DNA of 59,683 nt. Source: Desulfarculaceae bacterium (GTDB lineage: Bacteria; Desulfobacterota; Desulfarculia; Desulfarculales; Desulfarculaceae). Every line of letters starts with the position of its first letter. Within the stretch, counting starts at the first letter, position 1. The position numbers were made by a program, and so were the translations under genes. The stretch covers positions 1 to 59,683 of the forward strand of contig JAMOVV010000023.1 of NCBI GenBank assembly GCA_027067385.1, given 5' to 3'. Under the pieces are notes generated by a model. The model saw nothing but the letters and a program-made list of their open reading frames with translations, was not told where the DNA came from and did not search any database. This document shows, one piece after another, positions 20,727 through 30,400 of the stretch.

Positions 20727-20756
20727 TTGACAAGCCGCGATTTTCCCGCCTATAGT
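20727..20756 (+). promoter_or_regulatory. Candidate sigma70 promoter for the dehydratase operon
   Basis: TTGACA (20727-20732), N18, TATAGT (20751-20756), about 120 nt upstream of the start codon. Confidence 0.4.
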
Positions 20757-20769
20757 GCGTAATAGCTGG

Positions 20770-20799
20770 ATTGTAGCTAACATGTAATCATTTTGTCTA
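20770..20799 (-). promoter_or_regulatory. Candidate sigma70 promoter for the Qmo/Hdr-like operon
   Basis: The minus strand reads TAGACA-N18-TACAAT. It interdigitates with the plus-strand candidate. Confidence 0.3.
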
Positions 20800-20881
20800 C
20801 CCGTTTTTCGCTTTTCGCGCCGCTTTTTTTGTCTGCCGGCAGGTTTTTGCGGCCGGCGCGAGAGGCCCTCGAAGGATGGTT

Positions 20882-22105
20882 ATGCCTCCCATCAAAGCCA
20901 CCAAGCAGATGAAAAAGCTCATGGAAGACCACTTCCTGGGACTGGCCAAGGCCAAGGAGGAGGGCAATCCCAAGGTGGCCTGGTGCACCTCGGTGGGGCC
21001 GGCCGAGCTGCTGCACGCCATGGGCTTTGATGTCTACTTCCCGGAGAACCACGGGGCCATGCTGGGGGCCACCCGCATGGCCACCGATCTCATCCCCGAG
21101 GCGGTGGCCGCCGGCTACTCGCCGGAGATATGCTCCTACCTCACCTCGGACGTGGGATCCTACCTGGCCGGCCAGACCCCGCTGACCCGGGCCTATGGCC
21201 TGGAGTCGGTACCCCGGGCCGACGTGCTGGTGTTCAACAACAACCAGTGCCGGGAGGTGCAGGACTGGTTCATGTTCTACGCCCGGGAGTGGGACGTGCC
21301 CCTGGTGGGCATCAACAACCCGCGGGTGATCCACGAGGTGAAGGAAAGCCACGTGGCCGACGTTAAGAGCCAGATGCACGACATGATCCCGGTGTTGGAG
21401 CAGGTCAGCGGCAACAAGTTCGACATCGACCGTTTCCGCGAGGTGGTGGGGCTGTCCAAGCAGTGCACCATCCGCTGGCGCAAGGTGCTCGAGGGGGCGG
21501 CCCACCACCCCAGCCCCATGACCTTCTTCGACCACTGCATCCACATGGCCCCGGCGGTGGTGCTGCGCGGCAAGCAGGAGGCGGTGGACTACTACGACCT
21601 GCTGCTGGCCGAGATCGACCAGATGGTGCAAGACCAGGTGGCGGCGGTGCCCGGGGAGCAGGTGCGCCTGTACTGGGACGGCATGCCGGTGTGGGGACGG
21701 CTGCGTATGCTCTCGGAGCTGCTGAACGAGCTGCAGGCGCCCATCGTCTCCTCCACCTACTGCAACTCCTGGATTTTCGACGCCCTGGATGAGCGCGACC
21801 CCTTCGACTCCATGGCCCGCGCCGCCCTGGAGCTGTTCAACGTGCGCGACGATGACTTCAAGGAGGGCTATGTCAAGGAGTGGGTGGAGCGTTGCGGGGT
21901 CGCGGGCATCATCTTCCACGACGCCAAGACCTGCCCCTACAACACCAACAGCCGCTTTGCCATGCCCCAACGTCTGTCTCAGGAACTGGGTCTGCCCACC
22001 CTGGTGATCAACGGCGATCTCAACGACCTGCGCTTTTTCAGCGACGAACAGGCCAAGACCAACATCGAGGCCTTCGTGGAGCAGTTGTTGGAGCAGGCGG
22101 CCTAG
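20882..22105 (+). CDS. 2-hydroxyacyl-CoA dehydratase family protein (D-component; HgdB/BcrC-like), single subunit
   Basis: About 407 aa. N-terminus PKVAWCTSVGPAELLHAMGFDVYFPENHGA is typical of the family. ATG at 20882 has better spacing to GAAGGA than the ATG at 20876. Confidence 0.85.
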   Translation: MPPIKATKQMKKLMEDHFLGLAKAKEEGNPKVAWCTSVGPAELLHAMGFDVYFPENHGAMLGATRMATDLIPEAVAAGYSPEICSYLTSDVGSYLAGQTPLTRAYGLESVPRADVLVFNNNQCREVQDWFMFYAREWDVPLVGINNPRVIHEVKESHVADVKSQMHDMIPVLEQVSGNKFDIDRFREVVGLSKQCTIRWRKVLEGAAHHPSPMTFFDHCIHMAPAVVLRGKQEAVDYYDLLLAEIDQMVQDQVAAVPGEQVRLYWDGMPVWGRLRMLSELLNELQAPIVSSTYCNSWIFDALDERDPFDSMARAALELFNVRDDDFKEGYVKEWVERCGVAGIIFHDAKTCPYNTNSRFAMPQRLSQELGLPTLVINGDLNDLRFFSDEQAKTNIEAFVEQLLEQAA

Positions 22106-22129
22106 GGGCCGGCGGTAGCGGGAGCTGAC

Positions 22130-22906
22130 TTGGCGAGCCATTTTGCCGGTATAGACGTGGGAGCCAGCGCCACCAAGGTGGCGGTGGTCGATGAACAAGG
22201 CGATCTCCAGGGCCACGCGGTGCGCCGTTCGGGGGTGGACTTCGCCGCCAGCGCCCAGGAGGGCTTCCAGCGGGCCCTGGCCATGGCCGGGCTGCAGGCC
22301 CAGGACATTGCCGGGGTGATATCCACCGGCTACGGCCGCAAGAACGTGCCCTTTGCCGGCGCCAGTCGCACCGAGATCGCCTGCCACGGAGCCGGAGCCT
22401 ACTTCCACTATCCCCAGGCGATAACCGTGGTGGACATCGGGGGCCAGGACAACAAGATCATCAAGTTGGACGCCCAGGGCCGGCGCAAATCGTTCAAGAT
22501 GAACCGTAAGTGCGCCGCCGGCACCGGGGCCTTCTTGGAAGAGATGGCCCTGCGCCTGGACCTGGAACTGGGCGCCATGAACCAACTGGCCGCGGCGGCC
22601 CGGGAGGAGGTCACCCTGGGGGCCTTTTGTACCGTGTTCACCGGCACCGAGCTGCTGAGCAAGATTCGCGAGGGGGTGCGGGTGGAGCCGCTGGTCAAGG
22701 GGCTTTTCCGGTCGGTGGTCAAGCGGGTGCGGGAGATGGACACCCTCACCAACCTGGTGGTGATGACCGGCGGGGTGGTGGCCCACAACCCGTTTCTCAT
22801 GGAGATGATGGCCCAGGAGGTGGGGCGCGAGGTGGTGACCACCCCCCGTCCCCAGCTCAACGGGGCCTGGGGTGCGGCCCTGCTGGCCCGTGACCAACTG
22901 ACGTAG
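22130..22906 (+). CDS. BadF/BadG/BcrA/BcrD-type ATPase (dehydratase activator, HgdC-like)
   Basis: 258 aa. GIDVGASATKVAVV, the cluster-bridging Cys contexts NRKCAAGTG and AFCTVF, and MTGGV. TTG start preceded by GGGAG. Confidence 0.85.
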   Translation: MASHFAGIDVGASATKVAVVDEQGDLQGHAVRRSGVDFAASAQEGFQRALAMAGLQAQDIAGVISTGYGRKNVPFAGASRTEIACHGAGAYFHYPQAITVVDIGGQDNKIIKLDAQGRRKSFKMNRKCAAGTGAFLEEMALRLDLELGAMNQLAAAAREEVTLGAFCTVFTGTELLSKIREGVRVEPLVKGLFRSVVKRVREMDTLTNLVVMTGGVVAHNPFLMEMMAQEVGREVVTTPRPQLNGAWGAALLARDQLT

Positions 22907-23004
22907 AGTTTTTATACGCTAAACAACACACCGCGCGGCCACGGGACGGCGGCTCGCCGCCGGCGGCCCCGGGTCGGCCCACGCAAGAGGGAGGTAGATA
23001 CAAT

Positions 23005-24588
23005 ATGAATCGCTGGTTGACCGTTGGCGACATACTCCGGGTAAACGCCACCATGTTCGCCGACAAGGAGGGAGCGGCAGACCTGTACAGGTCGCTTACC
23101 TTTAAGGAGTGGAACGAACGCTGCTGCCGCCTGGCCAACGCCCTGGCCGACCGCGGGCTGCAAAAGGGTGACCGCATAGCCATGATCGCCTTCAACTGCC
23201 TGGAGTGGTTGGAGTTCTACGGCGCCTGCGCCAAGGGCGGTTTCGTGGCGGTGCCGATCATGTTCCGGCTCACCCCGGCGGAATACGGCTATATCCTCAA
23301 CAACGCCGAGTGCAAGGCCTTCATCGTGGAAAAGCCCTTTGCCGATGACGTGGCCGGGGCCAAGGCCGACCTGGAGACCATCGACGCCGACAAGTACTTC
23401 TTCTTTGGCGAGGGGGACGCGCCCGAGGGCTTTGTGCACCTGGAGGACCTGTTCAAGGAAGGTTCGGCGGTGGAGCCCCCGGTGAAGGTGATCGACGAGG
23501 ACACCTGGATCATCATGTACACCTCCGGCACCACCGGCCGTCCCAAGGGCGTGGTGCGCACCCACGAGTCGCTGGCCGGCAAGTACTGGACCAACATCGC
23601 GGCCATGGGCTACGACCGCGACGACCGGGGCCTGTTGGTGATGCCCATGTGCCACATCAACAGCGTCTTCTACTCCTTTGTCTTCACCTGCCTGGGGGCC
23701 GCGGCCATCGTCTACAATTCGGTGTCCTTCGACCCAGAGCACATGATCAAGACCCTCAGCGAGTTCGGGGTGACCTTCACATCCCTGGTGCCTACCCACT
23801 ACATCATGATGCTGGCCCTGCCCGAGGAGGTTAAGAGCAAGTACAACGTGGACTGCGTCAAGAAGCTGCTCATCTCCTCGGCCCCGGCCCGGCGCGATCT
23901 CAAGCTGGCCATCATGGACTACTTCAAGAACAGCCAGCTCTACGAGGCCTACGGCTCCACCGAGGCCGGCCTGGTCACCCTGCTGCTGCCCGACGAGCAG
24001 TTCGACAAGCTCGGCTCCATCGGCCGCGAGATACCGGGTACCGACCTGCTCAAGATTCTCGACGAGGACGGCAACGAGGTGCCCGACGGCGAGGTGGGCG
24101 AGCTCTACTCCCGCGGGCCGGCCCTGTTCAGCGAGTACTGGAAGCTGCCCGAGGAGACCAAGGCCGCCTTTGTGGGCGACTTCTTCAGCGCCGGCGACAT
24201 GGCCTACCGCGACCAGGAAGGTTACTACTACCTGGTGGACCGCAAAAAGAACATGATCATCACCGGCGGCGAGAACGTCTACCCCTCGGAGGTGGAAGAC
24301 TGCATCGGCGGCCACAACGCGGTCAAGGACGTGGCGGTCATCGGGGTGCCCGACGAGAAATGGGGCGAAAAGGTCACTGCGGTGATCATCCTGCACGATG
24401 GTTACCAGCCCACCGACGAGCTGGCCGCCGAGCTGCGCGACTTCACCAAGGGCAAGATCGCCGGCTTCAAACGGCCCAAGGCCGTACACTTTGTGACCGA
24501 AGAAGAAATGCCCCGCACCGGCACCGGCAAGATCCTGCACCGCGTGCTGCGCGAGCGCTACGGCCACTGGTCCGAGGCCGAGAAATAG
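23005..24588 (+). CDS. AMP-dependent acyl-CoA synthetase/ligase
   Basis: 527 aa with YTSGTTGRPKGV, YGSTE, SAGDMAY, GKILHR. Confidence 0.85.
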   Translation: MNRWLTVGDILRVNATMFADKEGAADLYRSLTFKEWNERCCRLANALADRGLQKGDRIAMIAFNCLEWLEFYGACAKGGFVAVPIMFRLTPAEYGYILNNAECKAFIVEKPFADDVAGAKADLETIDADKYFFFGEGDAPEGFVHLEDLFKEGSAVEPPVKVIDEDTWIIMYTSGTTGRPKGVVRTHESLAGKYWTNIAAMGYDRDDRGLLVMPMCHINSVFYSFVFTCLGAAAIVYNSVSFDPEHMIKTLSEFGVTFTSLVPTHYIMMLALPEEVKSKYNVDCVKKLLISSAPARRDLKLAIMDYFKNSQLYEAYGSTEAGLVTLLLPDEQFDKLGSIGREIPGTDLLKILDEDGNEVPDGEVGELYSRGPALFSEYWKLPEETKAAFVGDFFSAGDMAYRDQEGYYYLVDRKKNMIITGGENVYPSEVEDCIGGHNAVKDVAVIGVPDEKWGEKVTAVIILHDGYQPTDELAAELRDFTKGKIAGFKRPKAVHFVTEEEMPRTGTGKILHRVLRERYGHWSEAEK

Positions 24589-24676
24589 CCGCAGCCCCGG
24601 GAGCTGGGCTTTATATTTTTAAACTTGGTACCGGCTGATCAAGCTGACTTGCCAACGCAACCCAAGGAGACAGGAC

Positions 24677-25870
24677 ATGTTCACCAAGTCGTTTATCCCC
24701 CACAAGGGCTACTGGTCCTCGCCCTTTTCCCGATGGCAGATGTCCTTCCAGAACGAGCACGCCATCGTACTGGCTGCGGCCACGACCAAAAAATTCTTCG
24801 AGCTGCGCCAGATAGACCCCGCCGTCTTTGACTGGGGCGTACTGGGCATGACCATCGGCCAGAAATCCTGGTTCTACGCCTGCCCCTGGTACTGCGCCCT
24901 GGCCGGGGCCGAGAAGATCGCCGGCCCCACCATCAGCCAGGCCTGCGCCACCAGCGCCACCTCCATCTACACCGGCGCCGCCGCGGTGGAGCTGGGCAGC
25001 GCCGAGTGCGTGCTGGTGGGCACCACCGACCGCTGCTCCAACGGCCCCCACACCGTGTGGCCCAATCCCAAGGGTCCCGGCGGCGAGGTGATCCACGAGA
25101 ACTGGCTCATGGACAACTTCAACATCGACCCCTGGGGCGGCGAGGCCATGGTCAAGACGGCCGAGAACGTGGCCGCCGACCACGGCGGGGTCACCAAGGA
25201 AGAGTCCGACGCCCTGGCCCTGCGGCGTTACGAGCAGTACCTCATGTCCCTGGAAAACGACCGCGCCTTCCAAAAAGAATACATGATCCCGGTGGACATC
25301 AAGGTCTCTAAGAAAAAGACCATCACCATCGAAGGGGATGAAGGCATCATGCCGGTGACCGCCGAGGGCCTGGCCCCGCTCAAGCCGGTGGTGCCCGGCG
25401 GCTCCATCACCTTCGGCGCCCAGACCCACCCGGCCGACGGCAACGCCGGCTTCGTGGTCACCACCGAGGAAAAGGCCAAGGAGCTCAGCGCCGACAAGAG
25501 CATCACCATCCAGATACTCTCCTACGGCTACGCCCGGGCCCCCAAGGCCCGCATGGCCGCCGCGGTCACCCCCTCGGCCGAGATGGCCCTGGCCAAGGCC
25601 GGCATCGGCGTGAGCGATCTGGCCGCGGTGAAGACCCACAACCCCTTCACCGCCAATGACATCGTCATGGGCCGCCTGATGAAGATACCCGAGGAGATAT
25701 TCAACAACTACGGCTCCTCGCTGGTCTTCGGACACCCCCAGGGTCCCACCGGCGCCCGCTGCACGGTGGAGCTGATCGAGGAACTCGTCAAGCTCGGCGG
25801 CGGCTACGGCCTCTTTGCCGGCTGCGCCGCCGGCGACACCGCCGCGGCCCTGGTGATCAAGGTCTCCTAG
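24677..25870 (+). CDS. Thiolase-family protein (divergent acetyl-CoA acyltransferase-like)
   Basis: 397 aa. Nucleophile context ISQACATSAT, then GHPQGPTGAR and C-terminal GCAAGDTAAAL. The N-terminus is atypical. Confidence 0.8.
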   Translation: MFTKSFIPHKGYWSSPFSRWQMSFQNEHAIVLAAATTKKFFELRQIDPAVFDWGVLGMTIGQKSWFYACPWYCALAGAEKIAGPTISQACATSATSIYTGAAAVELGSAECVLVGTTDRCSNGPHTVWPNPKGPGGEVIHENWLMDNFNIDPWGGEAMVKTAENVAADHGGVTKEESDALALRRYEQYLMSLENDRAFQKEYMIPVDIKVSKKKTITIEGDEGIMPVTAEGLAPLKPVVPGGSITFGAQTHPADGNAGFVVTTEEKAKELSADKSITIQILSYGYARAPKARMAAAVTPSAEMALAKAGIGVSDLAAVKTHNPFTANDIVMGRLMKIPEEIFNNYGSSLVFGHPQGPTGARCTVELIEELVKLGGGYGLFAGCAAGDTAAALVIKVS

Positions 25871-25928
25871 GCCCACTCCCGGCCGGGGGCTCACCCCCGC
25901 CGGGGACATGCGCCCTGCGCGCCTTTAC

Positions 25929-25974
25929 CAAACGGCCGGTCCCATCGCGATCCCGCGGCGGGACCGGCCGTTTG
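25929..25974 (+). terminator. Strong hairpin after the thiolase-like gene
   Basis: caaacggccggtccc / gggaccggccgtttg form a 15-bp stem. There is no clear U-tract. Confidence 0.45.
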
Positions 25975-26120
25975 CCGTTAGCCGCCCGGGTCAACTAATA
26001 TCGGCCGAGGGCAGGTGGGGCTTGCACCCCACCTCGCCCTGGAGTACCTTGGGGGCGTTTGGGCAGGCAAACGAGCTCCAGCAGACCACCAGGGCCGGCC
26101 GCCGGCGGGGATAGCAAGAC

Positions 26121-27380
26121 ATGGGCATGACCCTCAGCGAAAAGATTTTGGCCGCCCACGCCGGGCGCCATGTCCTGCGCCCCGGCCAGATCGTGGAGGC
26201 CCGGGCGGACCTGCTCATGGCCAACGACATCACCGCGCCGCTGGCCATCGACGCCTTTAAAGACACCGGGGCCCTCAAGGTCTTCGACCCCGACCGGGTG
26301 GTGCTCATCGCCGATCACTTCACGCCCAACAAGGACCTGGCCACCGCCCGGCAGGTGCGCAAGATGCTGGACTTCGCCGCCGCCCAGATGCTCACCCACC
26401 GCTTCGAGGGCGGCCGGGCCGGGGTGGAGCATGTGCTGCTGCCCGAACAGGGGCTGGCCCTGCCCGGTGAGATCATCGCCGGGGCCGACAGCCACACCAG
26501 CACCATGGGGGCCTGCGGGGCCTGGGCCGTGGGAGTGGGCTCCACCGACATCGGGGCGGCCATGGCCACCGGCAAGGTTTGGTTCAAGGTGCCGGCCACC
26601 CTGCGGGTGGAGCTCACCGGCTCCTTGGGCCCCTGGAGCTCGGCCAAGGACCTGGCCCTGGAGATGCTGCGCCGCCTGGGGCCCGACGGGGCCGACTATC
26701 TGGCCCTGGAGTTCCACGGTCCCCTGGCCGGCCGCCTCAGCATGAGCCAGCGCCAGTGCCTGGCCAACATGGCGGTGGAGGCCGGGGCCAAGACCGGTAT
26801 CTTCGGAGTGGACGACATCACCCGCGACTACCTGGCCGACCGGGCCCGCCGGCCGTGGCAGGCGGTGGCGCCTGACCCCGACGCGGTGTACCACGACACC
26901 ATCACCATCAACGCCGACGGCCTGGGGCCGCTCATCGCCCGCCCCCACAGCCCCTACGACGTGGCCCCGGCCGGCGAGAGCTCGCGCGAGGCCATCAACC
27001 AGGTGTTCATCGGCTCCTGCACCAACGGCCGCTTAGACGACCTGCGGCAGGCGGCCGCCGTGCTGCAGGGGCGGCAGGTGCACTCGCGGGTGCGGCTCAT
27101 CGTGCTGCCGGCCACCCCGGCTATCTACCGGCAAGCCCTCAAGGAAGGGGTGCTGGAGACTATCGTGGAGGCCGGCGGCCAGGTGGGGCCGCCCTCCTGC
27201 GGCCCATGCCTGGGCGGGCACCTGGGGGTGTTGGCCCCCGGCGAGGTGGCGGTGGCCACCAGCAACCGCAACTTCATCGGCCGCATGGGACACCGCACCA
27301 GCCGGGTCTACCTGGCCGGTCCCATGGTGGCGGCGGCCAGCGCGGTCCTGGGCCGGGTGGCCTCGCCGGAGGAGCTGTAG
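26121..27380 (+). CDS. leuC: 3-isopropylmalate/homoaconitate dehydratase large subunit (short, archaeal-type aconitase family)
   Basis: 419 aa with LSEKILAAH, DHFTPN, ADSHTSTMGA, GSCTNGR, PSCGPCLG. Confidence 0.85.
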   Translation: MGMTLSEKILAAHAGRHVLRPGQIVEARADLLMANDITAPLAIDAFKDTGALKVFDPDRVVLIADHFTPNKDLATARQVRKMLDFAAAQMLTHRFEGGRAGVEHVLLPEQGLALPGEIIAGADSHTSTMGACGAWAVGVGSTDIGAAMATGKVWFKVPATLRVELTGSLGPWSSAKDLALEMLRRLGPDGADYLALEFHGPLAGRLSMSQRQCLANMAVEAGAKTGIFGVDDITRDYLADRARRPWQAVAPDPDAVYHDTITINADGLGPLIARPHSPYDVAPAGESSREAINQVFIGSCTNGRLDDLRQAAAVLQGRQVHSRVRLIVLPATPAIYRQALKEGVLETIVEAGGQVGPPSCGPCLGGHLGVLAPGEVAVATSNRNFIGRMGHRTSRVYLAGPMVAAASAVLGRVASPEEL

Positions 27381-27382
27381 CC

Positions 27383-27874
27383 ATGCACTATCGACGCGCC
27401 TGGGTCTTGGGCGACCACGTGGACACCGACGCCATCATCGCCGCCCGCTACCTCATCACCTCCAATCCGCGCCGCTTGGCCCCCCACGTGCTGGAGGACC
27501 TGCGGGCCGATTTTTGCGAGCAGGTGGCCTTTGGCGACTTCCTGGTGGCCGGTCGCAACTTTGGCTGCGGCTCCTCGCGCGAGCACGCCCCCCTGGCCAT
27601 CCGGGCCACCGGGGTGGCTGCGGTGGTGGCCGCCAGCTTCTCGCGCATCTTTTGCCGCAACGCCTTCAACACCGGCCTGTTGGCCCTGCGCTCGCCCCAG
27701 GCCGCCGCCGGGGTGCGCGAGGGCGACCGCCTGCGCCTGGACCTCAAGCGCGGGGTGATCGAAAACGGCGACCAAAAGACCGAGTACGCCATCGAACCCC
27801 TGGACCCGTTTCTGATGGAGCTGGTCGCCGGCGGCGGGCTCATCGCCCGGGTGCGGCGCCAGTTGGGCACCTGA
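27383..27874 (+). CDS. leuD: 3-isopropylmalate/homoaconitate dehydratase small subunit
   Basis: Internal ATG at 27383 lies 2 nt after the leuC stop. Motifs: GDHVDTDAIIAARYL, GRNFGCGSSREHA. Confidence 0.85.
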   Translation: MHYRRAWVLGDHVDTDAIIAARYLITSNPRRLAPHVLEDLRADFCEQVAFGDFLVAGRNFGCGSSREHAPLAIRATGVAAVVAASFSRIFCRNAFNTGLLALRSPQAAAGVREGDRLRLDLKRGVIENGDQKTEYAIEPLDPFLMELVAGGGLIARVRRQLGT

Positions 27875-27897
27875 GTCCCCGGAAAACGGCCGGGGAC
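27875..27897 (+). terminator. Short hairpin directly after leuD
   Basis: gtccccgg-aaaacgg-ccggggac, followed by the tandem ccggggaccggcg x2. Confidence 0.35.
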
Positions 27898-28081
27898 CGG
27901 CGCCGGGGACCGGCGCAATCTCAAATAAATTTGCAAAGGGCCGCGACCTTGTTTAAAACAATACCTCTACGGGGGTGTTAGGGACCATGACCATGCCCTT
28001 GGCGGAACCACCGGGCCCCGGGGTGCCCCCAGGAGCAATGTCACCGGGGCCGCGGGCGGCTCCGAGCTGGAGAGACAACAC

Positions 28082-29101
<1,020 letters not shown>

Positions 29102-29109
29102 GCGGAAGG

Positions 29110-29667
29110 TTGGCCATGCTGCGAATCGTAGCGGGGGAACTGGGAGGCCGGCGGCTCAGCGCCCCGGCGGGTATGGGTACACGGCCCACCAGCGAAAAAG
29201 TGCGCGAGGCCCTGTTCGCCATATTGGGCGAATGGCTGGTGGACAAGCGAGCGGCGGACTTCTTCGCCGGCTCCGGGGCCCTGGGCTTGGAGGCCCTGAG
29301 CCGGGGCGCCGCCTGGTGCCTGTTCGTGGAACACAGCCACAAGGTGGGGCGGGTTCTGCGCAGCAACCTCGACCGCCTGGAGGTGCAAGAGCGCAGCCAA
29401 CTGGAGGTGACCGACGCCATACGCCCGGACCTCCGGGTGCTGGAACTGGCCCCCTTTGACCTGGTGCTGGCCGATCCCCCTTACGAGCGCGGACTGGTCT
29501 CGCGCTTTGTGAGGACCTGCCGGGACGAGGAACTGGTGGCCCCGGGGGGTAAACTGGTCATTGAGCATTCCCCGGCCGAGCGCCCCCCCGAAAGCTCGCA
29601 CCTCAAGTTGACCGACCAAAGGCGCTACGGACAAACCGAGCTTAGCTTTTTGGACTCGCTAGTATGA
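29110..29667 (+). CDS. rsmD: 16S rRNA (guanine966-N2)-methyltransferase
   Basis: RIVAGELGGRRL, RPTSEKVREALF, FAGSGALGLEALSRGA, LADPPYE. Starts at TTG 29110 or ATG 29116. Confidence 0.85.
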   Translation: MAMLRIVAGELGGRRLSAPAGMGTRPTSEKVREALFAILGEWLVDKRAADFFAGSGALGLEALSRGAAWCLFVEHSHKVGRVLRSNLDRLEVQERSQLEVTDAIRPDLRVLELAPFDLVLADPPYERGLVSRFVRTCRDEELVAPGGKLVIEHSPAERPPESSHLKLTDQRRYGQTELSFLDSLV

Positions 29668-30173
29668 GCAACAAGGAAAAGTGCATGAAGGCCGCTATCT
29701 ACCCCGGCTCCTTCGACCCCATCACCAACGGACATCTCTCTATCATTCGCCGGGGAAGAGAGATTTTTGACCAAGTCATCGTGGCGGTGGCCATTAACTC
29801 CGAAAAAGAAGGCCTGTTCACCATTGCCGAACGCATAGCCATGGTCAACGAAGTGGTGGGTGACATGGAAGGCGTCAGCGTGGATACCTTCGAGGGCCTG
29901 CTGGTGGACTACGTCCAGAAAAACAACCACAACGTGATCTTGCGGGGGCTGCGGGCCCTGAGCGATTTCGAGTACGAGTTCCAACTGGCCCTGATGAACC
30001 GCAAGCTGGCCGGCGACGTGCAGTCGGTCTTTTTGATGACCGACTACAAGTGGTTCTACGTCAGCTCCACCATCATCAAGGAGGCCGCCCGCCTGGGGGG
30101 CAACATCTCCGGCTTGGTGCCGCCCACGGTGGAAAAGCGCCTAGCCGAAAAATACCACGGCGCCACCGGCTAA
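29664..30173 (+). CDS. coaD: Phosphopantetheine adenylyltransferase
   Basis: YPGSFDPITNGH. ATGA overlap with the rsmD stop. The alternative start at ATG 29685 (MKAAIYPG) is equally plausible. Confidence 0.9.
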   Translation: MSNKEKCMKAAIYPGSFDPITNGHLSIIRRGREIFDQVIVAVAINSEKEGLFTIAERIAMVNEVVGDMEGVSVDTFEGLLVDYVQKNNHNVILRGLRALSDFEYEFQLALMNRKLAGDVQSVFLMTDYKWFYVSSTIIKEAARLGGNISGLVPPTVEKRLAEKYHGATG

Positions 30174-30212
30174 CCCGCCGAGGGTGTGGGCGCGGGTCAC
30201 CGGGACGCGGGA

Positions 30213-30366
30213 CCGGATCGCGGGATGGGAGCCAGGTTGCATGACGCAAGTCCGGGTTGCGGGCCGCGGGGGCATGGTGCCTGGGCCGGCGGGCATGCTT
30301 GCGGGAGACGGCGGCCGGATCGCGTGACGCAGGTCCGGGTTGCATGACGCGGGGACCGGGTCACGC
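30213..30366. repeat. Degenerate GC-rich direct repeats between convergent genes
   Basis: ccggatcgcg occurs at 30213 and 30315. gacgca[ag]gtccgggttgc occurs at 30243 and 30326. ggttgcatgacgc occurs at 30235 and 30338. Confidence 0.6.
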
Positions 30367-30400
30367 AAAGCGGGTTTAACCGGGACGCTGGCGCGGGCTC

